In this document: one piece after another, positions 52,106 to 53,133 of the stretch
Numbering within the stretch: the first letter of the stretch is position 1
Layout of the letters: every line of letters starts with the position of its first letter
Assembly (NCBI RefSeq): GCF_018977255.1
Contig: NW_024705340.1
Location: 1-53,133 of the forward strand
Length of the DNA stretch: 53,133 nt
Direction of reading: 5' to 3'
DNA from: Callorhinchus milii
Lineage: Eukaryota
Position numbers and translations under genes: made by a program
Notes under the pieces: model-generated
What the model was told of the DNA's origin: nothing
What the model saw: only the letters and a program-made list of their open reading frames with translations
Database searches by the model: none

Positions 52106-52251
52106 CTGAAGATTACTTCCAAATGGTTATATAATTCACTGTTATTGACCACAAATACATTGAAACCACTAAAGTTATGCCAACCCTGATGTCACTGGCA
52201 AGTGGAATATCTGATATTGGCTCATGGTCCAATAATAATAATACTACTGTA

Positions 52252-52574
52252 CAGGGACTCATCTACTTACGAACGAGATCGGTTCCAGAGGTCTGTTCGG
52301 AAGTCGATTTGTCCGTAAGTCCAACTTTACTCCTGTCGATTCAAAATGTACGGCATGTACACTAAACACAGAGAATGGCTTTAAAAGTTGTATAATCTCC
52401 TGTAGATGTCACTTTGCTCTTCATGTTCTGCAGATGTAGATGCCACCACTGCCATCTATTGCGCGGCGGTTGAGCTTTCGACTCTCGTCCGAACAAGCAA
52501 CTGGACATACGGACAGGTTTGTTCGGATCTCGGAAAGTTCATAAGTCGAATGTTAGTAAGCAAATGAGTCCTTG
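52252..52574. mobile_element. Tigger/pogo-like (Tc1-mariner superfamily) MITE
   Basis: TA|CAGGGACTCATCTACTTACGAAC ... GTTAGTAAGCAAATGAGTCCTTG|TA: imperfect ~23-bp TIRs with TA target duplication. Confidence 0.75.
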
Positions 52575-52944
52575 TACTGTAAACCTCTCGAAGCTGACCA
52601 ATGTAAAATAAATGCAATTGACGTGCATTCGTGAACTCGCAATTCTGTATGGAAGTTGGTGAACCCGTCTATGCCCCTGAATGCCTTGGTTAATGGCATG
52701 ACCTGCTCGTGCGCTCTATGGTAATTTAACATTTCATTTGTTTAATAGATAACACGAAAATAACTTTTTCACGCCCATCATAAAATCTGGCTTCCCCACC
52801 GAGTGACCCTGACCTTTAAACCTCTCTGCTTCATAGAGTGACGCTTTATCACTCAGATTTAACTGTAGATTAGTGATTTTTCTTTTTATTGTAAATGAAT
52901 TTGTAAATGATAAAAACAAGTATCAACAGTCAACTTATGGTTCA

Positions 52945-53018
52945 ATCTATATTTGAAGTTTTCGTGACTGCAGGGATCCATGCTCTTTGGTTCTTTCGGT
53001 AAGGAACCAAAGAGTATG
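52945..53018 (-). mobile_element. Tiny Penelope pLTR-tail insertion with a fold-back, flanked by 13-bp direct repeats
   Basis: TTGAAGTTTTCGTGACTGCAGGGATCCA..CTCTTTGGTTCTTTCGGTAA matches 28950-28999, then inverted GAACCAAAGAG. AACTTATGGTTCA occurs at 52932-52944 and 53019-53031. Confidence 0.7.
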
Positions 53019-53133
53019 AACTTATGGTTCATTGAATGTTATTACTGCATTCATTATTACTGCATTATTTGGTCTGGAGTTTAGAGCGTTCATGGTGCAA
53101 GTGTGTCCTGGACCAGGTTGGTGTGCGTGTTGA

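Larger units (their letters stand above)
50530..52112 (-). mobile_element. Penelope-like retroelement (Penelope/Poseidon type), 5'-truncated, with 3' pseudo-LTR
   Basis: RT motifs SFDVVSLFT, QNEGTPMGSPLSP, RYVDD, LPFLDV, then thumb VYRKATHT and GIY-YIG nuclease GVYKLSC..C..SYIGET..R..EH...NREDG. 3' non-coding region 50530-50835 is homologous to 28950-29070 and 52952-53002. Confidence 0.93.

Overview
The window has two unrelated parts. Positions 1 to ~28,568 look like structureless, near-uniform random sequence: no credible genes, repeats, low-complexity tracts or obvious CpG/TpA depletion. This part is probably synthetic or shuffled filler. From ~28,569 to the end it is AT-richer vertebrate genomic DNA, very likely lamprey, judged from the encoded proteins. 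It carries two spliced + strand genes that the ORF track does not assemble. The first is an RFamide neuropeptide precursor of the lamprey GnIH/LPXRFa (NPVF) type (31676-35384), encoding ...SSKTLFQPQRF-GR and SEPFWHRTRPQRF-GKR. The second is a two-exon cytochrome c (46010-46572). Their order and orientation match the NPVF-CYCS linkage of jawed vertebrates. The remainder is transposon debris: a 5'-truncated, frameshifted Penelope-like element (RT + GIY-YIG), several Penelope pseudo-LTR fragments carrying minimal hammerhead ribozyme motifs and inverted junctions, L2-type LINE 3' ends, MITEs, and a ~1.2 kb 27/28-bp minisatellite with YY1-like and NF-kB-like motifs. I found no convincing wholly new biological system. 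The best leads are the hammerhead motifs, a candidate extra 60-nt exon in the neuropeptide gene, a divergent cytochrome c paralog and the minisatellite.
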